DNA from: Camelus dromedarius
Lineage: Eukaryota
DNA: 64,000 nucleotides
Reading direction: 5' to 3'
NCBI RefSeq assembly: GCF_036321535.1
Contig: NC_087452.1
Location: forward strand, 34,658,001 to 34,722,000
Made by a program: the position numbers and the translations under genes. Below, one piece after another: positions 46,511 to 57,877 of the stretch; position 1 is the stretch's first letter, and each line of letters starts with the position of its first letter. Below the pieces are notes generated by a model. That model did not search any database. It was given only the letters and a program-made list of their open reading frames with translations, and was not told the origin of the DNA.

Positions 46511-48003
46511 ACTGCCGCCCCGACTTTATTTTAGTAGAGTATTGCTATATTGCTGGCTGTAGGACTGATAGTCACTGCACTCCAGGATTGGAACATAGGC
46601 CAGAATCTAATACTAGCTGTACTCTATCTCTCTACAATAGGAAGCCTAATGGTCCGTCAGTGTCTGCTGTAGGAACCATACCTCTCTGTTAAAAAAAAAA
46701 AAAAAAAAAAAGAAACCTCAGTCCCTTCTGGTACTTGTAAAAATAGTTGCTAACATATCTGTTTCAATGATGGGGGTTCCAATGGGACCCGTTCACCGAT
46801 TTGCACTTGGCAGGGACCTTTTTCCCCCAAAAAATCCCCGGCCCACACGCTCAGGGCTCTTCTATAGACCCGGTAAGGACTGGGGGTAAAAAACAGACGT
46901 AGGCCCACGCCTTATAACCGGAACCCTCAATTAAGTCCCTTATTAGGCAAGGTCCATTACCATATTAATACTACTAACCCACAACTAGCAAGTGATCGCT
47001 GGCTCTGCCTGCGTCCTGGTCCCCTGCACCATGTAGCCAGCCCGATAGGTCTCTCAGATCTAATCAAGTTTAATGGTCAGCCTGGGTAGTCCCCAGACTC
47101 CGCAGATGTAAGCCGCAAGTCAGTTAATGTATGATTGGCCCATACAGCTCTTGACTGCATCTACAACCCAGGGACAAAACATTCAATGAGAAATCTAGCT
47201 ACTGCCCAGTGTGCCCAAACCCATAACTGCACAGCTGTTTATGGTTGTATATCTGTCAAACCCTGGTGCACACTGAGCCCAGGAACCTTTTTTGTATGCG
47301 GGACACACACCTAGCGGTGCCTACCAGCCAGTTGGACAGGTACTAGCACATTGGCCTTCCTTACCCCTCAGATGGACATAATACCTAATAACCAGAGCCT
47401 TCCCATACCCCTGGTGGCCCATACTCAATCAAAAAGGGCCATCCCACTGATACCACTACTCACTCGGTGGGAATAGCAACTGGAGTAGGCACAGGTATAG
47501 GAGGAATAGCCTCATCATCCTACTATTACCAGCACTTATCTGCTGAGGTCACTGAAGACTCAAAACGAGTGGCTGAGTCCTTAATGTCTCTACAAAACCA
47601 GTTGGACTCCCTAGCAGCAGTAGTCCTACAGAACAGGAGGGGTTTAGACTTGCTCACTACCGAAAAGGGGGGACTCTGTCTCTTCCTAAATGAGAAATGC
47701 TGTTTCTGTGTAAATCAATTAGGAATTGTCAGAAATATGGTCCAACAACTACGAGATCGAGCTGAACGCAGAAACTAGGAATTAGCAAATTCCTGGGCAC
47801 AATGGAATAACGTCTGGAGTTGGGCCTCCTGGCTCCTCCCCCTAGCGGGCCCCCTCCTTATGATTCTTCTAGCACTGCTGTTTGGTCCCTGCATCGTTAA
47901 ACTCGTTACCCATTTCATTAGCTCACAAATAGAGTCACTAAGGCTACAGCTACTAGTTACTCAGTATAGGCCTCTGGACCAGGAAGAGCCCAGTGATGAA
48001 TAA
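46500..48003 (+). pseudogene. env: ERV env, disrupted
   Basis: WLCL motif, QSKR/AIPLIPLL cleavage site and fusion peptide, LQNRRGLDLLTTEKGGLCLFLNEKCCF (ISD and CX6CC). TAG at 47776-47778, then an in-frame TM anchor and tail to TAA at 48001-48003. The 5' boundary is approximate. Confidence 0.9.
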
Positions 48004-48064
48004 TGGGCACCACTCTAAAGGTTGATGCTCAGTACATATATTAGAGAGCATCGAAAGTGGGGAA

Positions 48065-48588
48065 TGAGGAGGGAAGCCCCATAAAAAAGAATGGCAGGAC
48101 CCCCAGGCAGGGCCATTACTCTCGTGCCAGCACCATCTGGTTCCCTGGCCCAGTGGCTTTATCTCACTTTTTGCCTCTGAAACGGCTTACTTCTAGGAAA
48201 GTGGAACTTACCCGTTAGATTCTACTGGTTCCCTAAGCTAACTCTTGATTGGTCCATTTGTAGTGCTTCATTTGCATGAAGCTCACTCCTGATTGGTTAT
48301 TTCTCTCACTCCTGATTAGTCCATTTCTACAAAGCTTGTTCCTAATTAGTCAACTTTTGTTATACCTTATTTGCATATGATATTGCAAAGTGTAAACTGA
48401 TAGCCTATAAAAGCCTGTGTAAATCTACAGACGGGGTCCAGAGCTTGGAGTGTTAACTCCACTGGGCCCGCTGGCGTAATAAACCTGAGTTCTCCAACTC
48501 TCCGAGTGCTTCTTGGTCTCTTGCCCGGATCCAGGTTCCTTTCACAACTGCCCTGTAACAGTGAGCTGTAACACATTTTTCTGTAACA
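48065..48588 (+). mobile_element. ERV 3' LTR
   Basis: Preceded by the polypurine tract GAAAGTGGGGAA (48053-48064); TGAGG...TAACA; homologous to 42041-42587. Confidence 0.9.
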
Positions 48589-49535
48589 CCACCACATCCA
48601 TCCCAACCTCAGGCCCCTCAAAGCCTCTGTTCTTCTCCCATCTCTGCATCTGATCCCTCTGCTTGCTGTGACCTTTCACCTTATGAAATCTTATCTGACT
48701 CCAAGCAGACATGGCACTTCCTTTCAGGTCTCCCACAGCCTCAGGAGGTCCATTCTGACTTGACGTCAGTGACTCCCTGCCCAGGACCCTGGCTGAGACA
48801 CCAGCCTGAAGTGGCGAGCATGGGAGGAGAAGGGAACCCAGCTGGGAGAATGAATGAGCCAATGTGAAAGAGGAATCCAGAGACCATGAAGTTAATTCTA
48901 ATCTCGTCTCCCATGGAATGGCTCTGTGTCTGGAGGTGTAGCTCTTGGTCTTGGTTGGCCTGTGGGTCACTGGGAGATTGGATGGGGCACCTTGGAAGCT
49001 GACAGCCTGGACAGATGATGCTGATTGCACACTCAACCTTGGAGAAGGAAGGAGAGAGGGGCTTCTGGGCAATCCAGCATCACTGTTCAGTTGTTGCCCC
49101 AGTAGCCTCTTGGTCAAGCTGTATCCTTTCCCTAAGTCAGAGGAGGAAAAGGAGGTGATTACAAGGAGAAAGTAACTACATACCCACGGTGACTAGATAT
49201 CAGGTCCCCCTGAAATCCTCCCTGTGCTTTCCTGCCTCTGCACCTTTGTGTTTCCTAAACCTTAGGACTGAGGTCCCCTTCCCCATCCTTCCATGGGGAC
49301 AGGTGGTTGATCAAGGATGAGGTCTGATAAAAGAGTCAACCCAGAGAAAGAAGTTGGGAATGAAGGACCCAGAATTGCCCCATAAACAGCAGCTATTACT
49401 ATGAACAGGGCAGAAACCTGCCTCCAAATGCTCATTGGGTCCTTAGGCTCTAGAGTCTGGCAGTCTAATCATTGGTTGGCTTCTCACCAGCTTTGAGTTC
49501 CTTGGGAAAATTCTGCCCTGGTAGGAACTCTCAGC
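48589..49535 (-). repeat. Inverted orphan copy of the gene-3-type upstream block
   Basis: Reverse complement aligns to about 21170-22110; it is truncated exactly at the 3' LTR end. Confidence 0.85.
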
Positions 49536-49790
49536 AGTAATGAGCTGCATTGATTCCTGTACTATGTCCTTGACCAGCCACATGAGGTGTGTACTTTCTG
49601 AGGACAAATTTACAGAGAGGGAAATGGAGGCACAGGGAGGTTGGGAGCCTCTTGCTGCAAAGTAAATAGCAAGCGAGAGGCAGTGCTACTGCCGGATGTT
49701 GGACACTGGCTGCAGTGTCTGTTGTGTAGGCAGTGGAAAGAGCACTGGCCTCAGAGTCCAGCCACAGCCCTGCCACTTCCGCCTCTGAGG
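49530..49790. mobile_element. MIR-like SINE fragments
   Basis: ttacagagagggaaatggaggcacagggaggtt and gtggaaagagcactggcct are MIR core-like phrases. A similar fragment lies near 60080-60180. Confidence 0.55.
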
Positions 49791-50055
49791 CCTCACTAAT
49801 CCCGTTCTCCCGTGTTCTGCTGGGGCCTGGTCACCCCTTCTGAATAATGGGAGTTGCAACAGTCAGCACTGATACGTGCCTGTATGAGTGTGTTTAGAAC
49901 TCTTATTTTTTTTATACAGAAGACTTCAGTGAACCAGTAAATCAGAGTCGTGAGTATTCTATTTTGCAGACTATTAAAACCGCCACTATCTGAGGAACTC
50001 CTGAAGCAGCTCCTTGGAGCCCTTCTTGCCATGACTGTATTTGGGGAGCTGGGGG

Positions 50056-50225
50056 CAGGGCCAGCATCATGACTGTGTCACCAGTGCAGTCACACAGGCC
50101 CCCTATGGTCAGGAGGGCCCTATACTTGGTTTAATACTCTGTTCTTGAGGTCTTGAAATACTCTATACTATTTGAGCAAGGGGTCCTGCAATTTCAATTT
50201 GCTAGTTATGTAGCCAGTTCTGGCC
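50056..50225. mobile_element. MER45A-like hAT fragment (partial paralog at about 866-950)
   Basis: cagggccagcatcatg...gcagtcacacaggcccc...cttggtttaatactctg...gtcttgaaat...ttgagcaaggggtcctgc resembles MER45A as I recall it. Confidence 0.6.
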
Positions 50226-50846
50226 AGTGGTGATGCCACACTTCCCACAACACATGCAGGAGGCGCTAGAAGCTGATTTCCCTGTGCACTTGCCTAAAAA
50301 TCCTTGAGACCTTGCCCGCAGCCTTGAGCAAGCAGAGGGCAGGGGAGGGCCCAGGAAGGGAAGGAAGAGAGCGGGAAAACAAGGCAGAAGCGGACCCCAG
50401 AGCAGCTCTTGGGTGCCCAGAGTGCTGTTGGACTGTAGCCCAGAGTTAGAACTGAGTCTCCAAAAGCAATGGGCTGCAGGAGAGATGCAGGGCTGGCCAG
50501 GGTTGGGGGTGGTGGGGACAGACAGAGGGGACCAGGGAGCTAGTCTGAGAGAGAGAGAGGCCCCAGATGGGGCCATGGGAAACTCCACACACGAGCCAGA
50601 GCTCTGGATCCTGCCATCAACCCTGACTTGGCCAAGACCTCCTCCCAAGGCCACACCCCAACCCCGCCCTGGACCTGAGTTTCCTCCCTGCCCAAAGGAG
50701 ACTGGTGGAAGCCCTGGCTGCCCTGCTGACAAGAGTGCTGTGAGCTCAGAGGAGGTGGATGCTTGGGTGTCCTTTGTGCCCTGAAGGACCACATGCACAG
50801 GCCGCATCCTTGGACTCAGGTGGCCAGTCCTTGGAAAGAAACACAC

Positions 50847-52057
50847 TTCAGTGAGGTTTTTCATGGGCACACAGGTGACCATCACGGCAGGACCTCCTTC
50901 CACCATGGAGGGACCCCCCTGCTTCACCAGCTGCACGGACAGCAGGGGATCAGGCTGGTCTCCTCTTCATATCTTGAGTTTCACACCAACGCAGCATGGC
51001 TCCCAGCAGCCCCAGCTCTACCCTCCACAGTCCCTGCCACCCACCAGCCTTCCCAGTCTCCATCCCCCTCCAGCCTGCGATCCCAGCTCCCCAGACTCTT
51101 CCCTTGTTTGTTGTTTTAATCCGAGCTCCGTTTCAGAAAGGGAAGAAACTCCTAGGGAGGGAGGTTTTGCTGGAGACATGATCAGTGGTTCTCAGCTGGT
51201 GGGGAGTGGTCAGAAACGTGCCTTTAAAATCTCCTAAATTTCTTTTTAGAAATAAGCAAAAGCAGGTGAGACCTGGATCTGCTGAGCTGGACCTGGGATC
51301 CATCTGAGTGGTGGGACTGGGGAAATGAAATCTGTGGAAATTATATTCTGATCTCCAGTTCGTCCCTCCCCCAGGAGTTGGTCCCTTCTCAAGTCACTTT
51401 ACAAAGTGCATGGTAGATGTCAGAGCCTCTGGAGGGGCTGTTTCTACCTTCCCAAGGCATCACGAAAAGACTGATTGATCTACACTAACAACAAGCCAGG
51501 CTGTGGGGAAGGACCACAGAGCCACCTGGGGAGATGGAGGGGGTGTGCGCCTCGTGTGAGGTGTCCTGTCTGACTCCGTCCTCCTGGAATTTAATGTCTG
51601 GATAGGCTTGGCCTGCCTCCTGCCTGAAGCACACGGCCTCCAGGAGGCTGACCTGAGATGCTGGGCTTTGCAGGTCCTTGTCCTGGTAGAGGGGTGGGGA
51701 GGAGGTGCCCTCTGTGATGTACTTGAGGCATCCAGATCCTCAAAGGGGAGAGAATACCCTCTTAGGCTCTGGAAACCAGCCTGGCTTCTCTGCACCCGTG
51801 TCCCCAGTAAAAACCCACTCACAGGAATGGTACCCATGCCCACCCGTCTGCCCCACATCTGGGGCTGGGAGCCTGGTCTCTTCTGCAAAGCTGGGCATCC
51901 TCCCATTCAGCCTGCACCCTGGCCCAGCTCAACGTGTCATCCTGCTGGGACCAGCTGGTTGGATGTTTGCTGTCCTAGTTGATGGTGAGATCGAGCCTGG
52001 GCCTGGCTCAGGCTGATGTCCGTGGCCAGGGAGGTGGGTTCAGCTCAAGCCAGACTC

Positions 52058-52100
<43 letters not shown>

Positions 52101-52128
52101 CAGCCCCGGATGCCCGCCGAGTCTCCTG
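50847..52128 (-). pseudogene. Diverged cathelin-like pseudogene, copy B
   Basis: Exon 1 52128-51823 (306 nt, QETRRASGAV-L13-QSLA*...AQARSH..., GTGAGT donor). Exon 2 51682-51575 is exactly 108 nt with AG/GT borders: [36 protein letters not shown]. Exon 3 starts at 50930 after a cag acceptor: LVKQGGPSMVEGGPAVMVTCVPMKNLTE. No ATG; in-frame stops in exon 1. Confidence 0.75.
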
Positions 52129-55100
52129 GCTGCAGTGTGGCGGGTGCAGCCTCTGCTTGGTCTCCTGTCCTCCTGGGGTGGAGTAGGGCTGCCCTCCTGC
52201 CGGCTGCCTTCTCCTCCAAGCCCCGGGCCTGGGACATCCCAGCCTGGCTGAGGGGTTTCCAGGGTGACTTACCCTCGTGGTTCTCCCCAGCTCCTCACTT
52301 CACGTGAAGTGGTCAGTGGGAAAGAGGAAGCTGACCCTGCGTGGAGGGTCCTGACACTCACCCCCGGCCCAAGTCCCCACCCTCACAGCACCATGGCTGC
52401 CTTCCCAGGACCCTGGGGAGGGCAGGGGTGAGCCCAATCCCTCCCCTTGTCCCCGTGAGAGGGACAGCATGGTGGGTCAGTGGGAGGCATTGGGTCCATG
52501 TCTTGGATTTGCCATTTTCCGGGCAGAGGCTCCTTGTTTGAGTGATTTACTTGGGTCTCATTTTCCTCATCCACTGGCCAACTCAGAGAGCTGGCGGGTG
52601 TTTCCCACAGTTGTAGGAAGGGCAGACTGGGGTCCAGCTTTCATTCCCCTGGAGTCTCGTGGACAGGAAGGCTGAAAGGGAGGAGCAAAGGAGCGGTGGC
52701 CATGGAGGACCAGTGCTCACTCCTGGAGGTTGTTGGGGTGACGGGTGCATGAGGATTTCTCAAGGACCAGATGTGGAGTCAGGGGTCAACCCTTCAGGGG
52801 ACAAGAGCTGGGGTGTATTTCCAGAGAAGACCTCCACTCTGATAGATGTGAGGAGAAACCAGGAAAGCCGGACGCTGGAGGCAGGGACGGCACACCCCCA
52901 TCCAGGGAGTTGCATCCTGAGAACCTGGCAGGGGACACTGCAAGGACGCAAGGAAGGATCGGGAAGGGGACTTCAGTCTGAAGTCTGAGCAAATCAAAGG
53001 TGCAGAGGAGGAGAGCACAGGGAGGATTTCAGGGGGAACTGGTACCCGGTCACCATGGGTATTGCTAGGTATTTTCTCCTTTAATCACCTCCTTTCCCTC
53101 CTCTGACTTGGGAAAAGGACACAGCTTGACCAACAGGCCACTAGGGCAGCACCCAGACTGTGACACCAGGTTGCCCAGAAGTCCCTCTCTCCTTCCTTCT
53201 CCAAGGGTGATTACCTAAGTAGCAGCGTCCACCACAGCTGTCACTTTCTGAGGGGCTCCGCCCACTTTCTGAGGGACTCGTTCCACAAGTCCCATAGGCC
53301 AACCAAGTCCCGGAAATATCCCATTCCTCACAGCCACAGGGCCATTTCATGGCCTCTAGATGCCTTTATCATTTTGACTTATTCTCCCAGCTGTGCTCTC
53401 TCTCCTTCCAGCTCAGCCACCCCAGCCTAGAGTATCAACCAGACCCCCTGACAGGCTATCAAATCAGAAGAGACTTCCTGAGGCCGTGGGAGCCAAGAGA
53501 AGGAGGTCGTTGTGTGGTTGGAGGTTAGATAAGGTTAGGAAGGTCACAGCAAACAGAGGGATCAGGTGTGGAGATGTGAGAAGAGCAGAGACTTCAGGGG
53601 TCTGAGAGGTTGGGATGGATGTGGTGGCCTGACACAGGGTCCTGCAGAGCTGGGGCTGCGGTCCATGGGGACATCCACATCCAGACCCTGACACAGATGT
53701 CTAAGGAAGGAGATAAAATGGCCAAGTCAAAGGTTTGATGGACCCTGGACAATGATAGGGAACGTGGACTGTGGTGTGGGTGGAGCCTGGAGCCAGAGAC
53801 GGTGGAGTCTGGAGGTTGTGGCCACACTTCAGAGGAGAAGGGGGTGTGGTAGGACAGGACAGGGGGGACAGGGGGACAGGGAGTGCCCTCAGACGAAGAA
53901 GGAGCAGGTGGGTGTTCCCAGGCTCTCAGCTCAGGGCTCCTGTGGGGGCTGCCAGCCAACAGCTCCAGACAGCCGTATGCGGACAGCCAGGTGTGTTCAT
54001 GGGAGTCTTGACTCAGAGACACAGACCAATGATGTGTGTCCCTGATAACTGCTATTTGGAGAAGGGATGTGCCCAGGAATGTGTGAGGACTGGGAGGAGA
54101 AGCAGCTCAGATGCACCTGTGGAAACCCTGCGTATTATGAGGAGGGTCCTGGAAGGAGACAGAACAGGAGCTGCCAGGGAGGTGGGAGGTGACCCAGAAA
54201 AGCAGAATTGGGGGAGAAAGGGAAAGAGGGCTGGCTGTTCAGGAGGGCTGAGGGATCCCCAGCACCTGTGAAGATAAGGAGAAAGCTTCAGCACTGGCCA
54301 CTGGATCCAATGAGGCATGGCCAGACTGCAGTGGCCTTGAAAGTCAGGGAGGGCAAAGAAATGGAGTGAGTGGTGTAAGAGACTTTCCTCAGGCTGGGCT
54401 TGGAGAAGTGCCAGGGCAATAGGTCATGCCTGGTGTGGGCTAGAGATGGGACATTTTTAGACTGAGAAAGGCAGGGGAGAGGGGACTGATGGGGACTGAT
54501 GGCAACTGGCTGAGGGCTGGGTCCACAGAACAGGATGGTGTGGCCTTGAAGTCTCCCTAGGGAGTGGGTGGGTGGGAAGGGCACTAGATGGGGGTGGTGC
54601 TGTTATCAATTCATCAAATGATAACTGAATACCTACTGGGTTCCAGGAGGGCCTAAGGCTGGAGGTTTAGTAGTGAATAAAAATCACACGGGAGGGGCTG
54701 TTGAGGGGGCTGTACTGCTTGGGGGCAGGGAGACAGATCAGACAAGGAAGCACTCTTTCAGCCTCATTCTGAGGAGGTCACAGTGAGGAGGCAGAGAGGG
54801 TGTAGGACACAGCCTGGTTCCTCCATCTCCTGGAGGACTCAACCCTCTGGAGCAACCCTGCCCATGAAACTCCCCATGGGGCCCAGGAGAGGCCGAGATG
54901 CTGTCAGGGAGATGGAGGAACCATTTCTTCACCTTGCACAGGAGGCAGACCTCACCCACTGCCCAGCAATCCCCTGAGGCAAGAGCGGGGCCTGAGGCAA
55001 GTCCAGCTCACACCCTGGCCGGGGGCAGGGATGGGGCAGGTGGGGAAGGCTCCTGCTTGAGCAATTGCATCAGGCCCAGGCTGAGCATAAAGGAGGGTCC

Positions 55101-55131
55101 TGTGGGCTGGGAGGAGGCAGACTCGGGGACC

Positions 55132-56989
55132 ATGGAGACCCAGAGGGCCAGCCTCTCCCTGGGCCGCTGGCCACTGTGGCTACTGCTGCTGGGACTAGCG
55201 GTGCCTTGGGCCAGCGCCCAGGCCCTGAGCTATAGGGAGGCGGTGCTTCGAGCTGTGGATCGCCTCAATGAGCAGTCCTCAGACCCCAGTCTCTACCGCC
55301 TCCTGGAGCTGGACCTGCCGCCCAAGGCTGTGAGTCAGGGAGGGGCTGGGGAGGGAGGCGTCTCCCGCCAGGCTTGGCCACACTGTCCCTCCCTTTGCTC
55401 GCGCTGTACCTCTTGTCAGGAAGGCACCTCTCCCTCTAGGTGGGATCCCACCTGTCACAGAAATCTTCCCAGTGCTGGGTCCCCTCCCGTTGTGAGAGCC
55501 TTCTGCCTGGCATCTCTGCTGTGAGAACAGAGCCCTGACAGCCCGCTCAGGCTCCAGGGACTCCTGGGGGCTCCAGGGATACGCTGGGGTCACTGGCTCT
55601 GGGATGTGACTTCCCTGCTTCCAGTCCCCTGTGCACCCACCCCATTGTCTCCCAACTAGGGAAGGGCTGTGCTCAGCCTGGATGTTCCAGTGACAAGGTC
55701 TTTCCCTGCAGGTGTCCCCTGACTTCCCTCAGCCCCTCCAAGGGGAGCTGCCCCTCAGGAGATGGGGTCTGAGGTCCCCTCCTGCTCCCTGTGCGCCTGG
55801 GAGCCCAGGACCAGGCTGTGTCCTCCTCCCCTCTGCACCCAGCCCCCAGCCCAGGGCCAGGCACATGGGACGGGCTGTCAAGGGGGCTGTCCTGCTGGGG
55901 GCAGGGACACAGGTCACACAAAGAAGCATGAGCCTGAGCCAGTCTCCCCACTTTGATCCTTGAGCAGGACGAGGACCCAGACACCCCAAAGCCTGTGAGC
56001 TTCACGGTGAAGGAGACCGTGTGTCCCAGGAGGACACATCTGCCACCGGAGCAGTGTGACTTCAAGGAGAAAGGGGTGAGGCTGGGGGCGCTGGTGGATG
56101 CCTCCCAAGGACCCAAACAGGAGGCTCCAGGAGAAGGCTTGCAGCCCCTGGGGTAAGGCTGGGTGGTTATGGCTCAGGGGTTCCACTGTGACCTGGAATA
56201 TCCCCTTCCAGTTGGTGAAACAGTGTGTGGGGACAATCACCCTGGACCAGGTCAAGGGCCAAATGGACATCGCCTGTGATGAGGTGAGTGAGTCCTTCCG
56301 GGCTGCAAGGGCTACTGGTAGGGGTGGTGTGTGGAACAGCCTTTGGACCAGTTCCCCTCTGTGCCATCCCTATAGCAGCAGGAAAGCCCTCCCCTGGCTC
56401 CCCCTCACCCGAGCCCCAGGTCTCCAGGCCGGGCTCTGCAATCCCTTAGAGCAGTGGTTCTCTCAGTGGGCTCCCCACCCAGGACTTGTCAGAAAGGCAG
56501 ATTCTGTTTCCACTGAGACCTACTGAATCAGAGTCTGGGGTGGGACCCAGCAACTTGTATTTCAACCAGCTGAAGGGGATTCTGACTGTGCTAACGTCTG
56601 AGAGGCACTGACTAGAGTAATGGGCTCTCAGCCCCTGCTCCCCTCTGGTTTGCTGGGATGGGCTTGCGACCCAGAGTAGCCCCTTGTCATCTCTGGACCT
56701 CGATTTCCTCATCTGTGTGTGGATGTAAGGACTCAACCACATGCTCCAAAAGTCACAGCCAGAGGGTGAACTGGGGACACAAGGCTCCTGGGGTTACCCA
56801 GTTAGGGGAGGTGCCCAGGTGTGGAGATGTCTGGTCTCACCTCTGGTTCCATTCCCCATATGTAACCCGGTTCTTCCTACTTCACAGCTCCAGAGTGTTG
56901 GGTTTTTTAAGAAGGCACGTAATAAGCTTAAAAACGCCTGGCGGAAGGTTGGCCCGATAGTTGGCCCGTTACTCACTTTCTTCGGGTAA
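55132..56989 (+). CDS. CATHL: Cathelicidin gene 6, 159-aa precursor; predicted mature [28 protein letters not shown](-G), BMAP-27/28-like
   Basis: Exons 55132-55329, 55968-56075, 56212-56283, 56888-56989 with GT-AG sites. AATAAA at 57055-57060. Confidence 0.97.
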
Positions 56990-57843
56990 ATCGGGAGCCC
57001 ATGGAAGAGCCCTAAGGGTCTGCCGGCATTGCCTCAAGCTACTGGACTCTGAGAAATAAAGTCTTGTGAAAGCAACTTCCTCCAGACTTCAGTTTCATTT
57101 GTCTCACCTCCTCCCATTTACTGAGACCAAATCCTTAACTCTGGAGCTGTCCTGCGTATGTGTGTGTGTGTGGGCATGTGATCACTCGAGTGAACACAGA
57201 GATGGGTGAAGCAGTTGTTCCTTCCAAGAGGGCAGTGGGGGAGCCACCAGGGCCAAAAGGTCCAGGACAGCATCTCCATTCTCAGGCCCCCCACATCACA
57301 AACCAGGACATGAACATGCATATATGAAAACTGATACCAGAAAAAATGGAATATATTTCATCTCAACCCTTGAGAAGGGAACTGTAATGGGCCCATGGCT
57401 GGGAAGTCTGCAGGCCTTATCAGTGCCGTGTAAATTGATTCACTGGTGAGAGTGTCAGATGTTGGCCCATGAGACCTTCTAATCTTGTGACAACAAGTTA
57501 CAGAACCTGTCATGAATGGTATTGAGCCTTAGGCCACTGCACCCTGGCTTCTTAGTTTTCCTTGATAGTAAAACTGGGTTGTGAGTTCCATTGGGAAGTG
57601 ATGCCTACAGTGTTACAGGTGTGCAAAGGAGGGGGCCTGAGTCCAGCATGGGGGAAAGGAGGGTGTTTTGGCATGGTAGGAGTGAGGAATGACACTCTGC
57701 TCAGTGTTCTAGGTGGGCATGCAAGGGGTGGGCCAGGGTGGGAGTGGAGAGATGGACAGACCCAGGTCCTACACTGCAATAGGGAGCCAGTGATGGTTTT
57801 AGCAGGAGAGTCAATCTTTGTCCATTTTAGCCGCCATCCTGAC

Positions 57844-57844
<1 letters not shown>

Positions 57845-57877
<33 letters not shown>

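Larger units (their letters stand above)
42041..48588 (+). mobile_element. Class I (gammaretrovirus-like) endogenous retrovirus, internally deleted and defective
   Basis: TG...CA LTRs at both ends, PBS, gag MA/CA, RNase H tail, integrase, env TM with immunosuppressive domain, and PPT. PR, RT and NC are absent. Confidence 0.95.

Noticed and set aside
49905-49970. 30-nt segment with strong acceptor (ttttatacag) and donor (gtgagt), followed by another acceptor 20 nt later
   Set aside because: No recognizable translation or partner exons, and the following 20-nt gap is too short for an intron.
50202-50780. 193-codon open frame continuing from pseudogene exon 3 as a giant exon 4
   Set aside because: The paralogous copy A stops after five codons (GTKGY*) and includes MIR-like gaggaaactgaggccc, so the length is likely chance.
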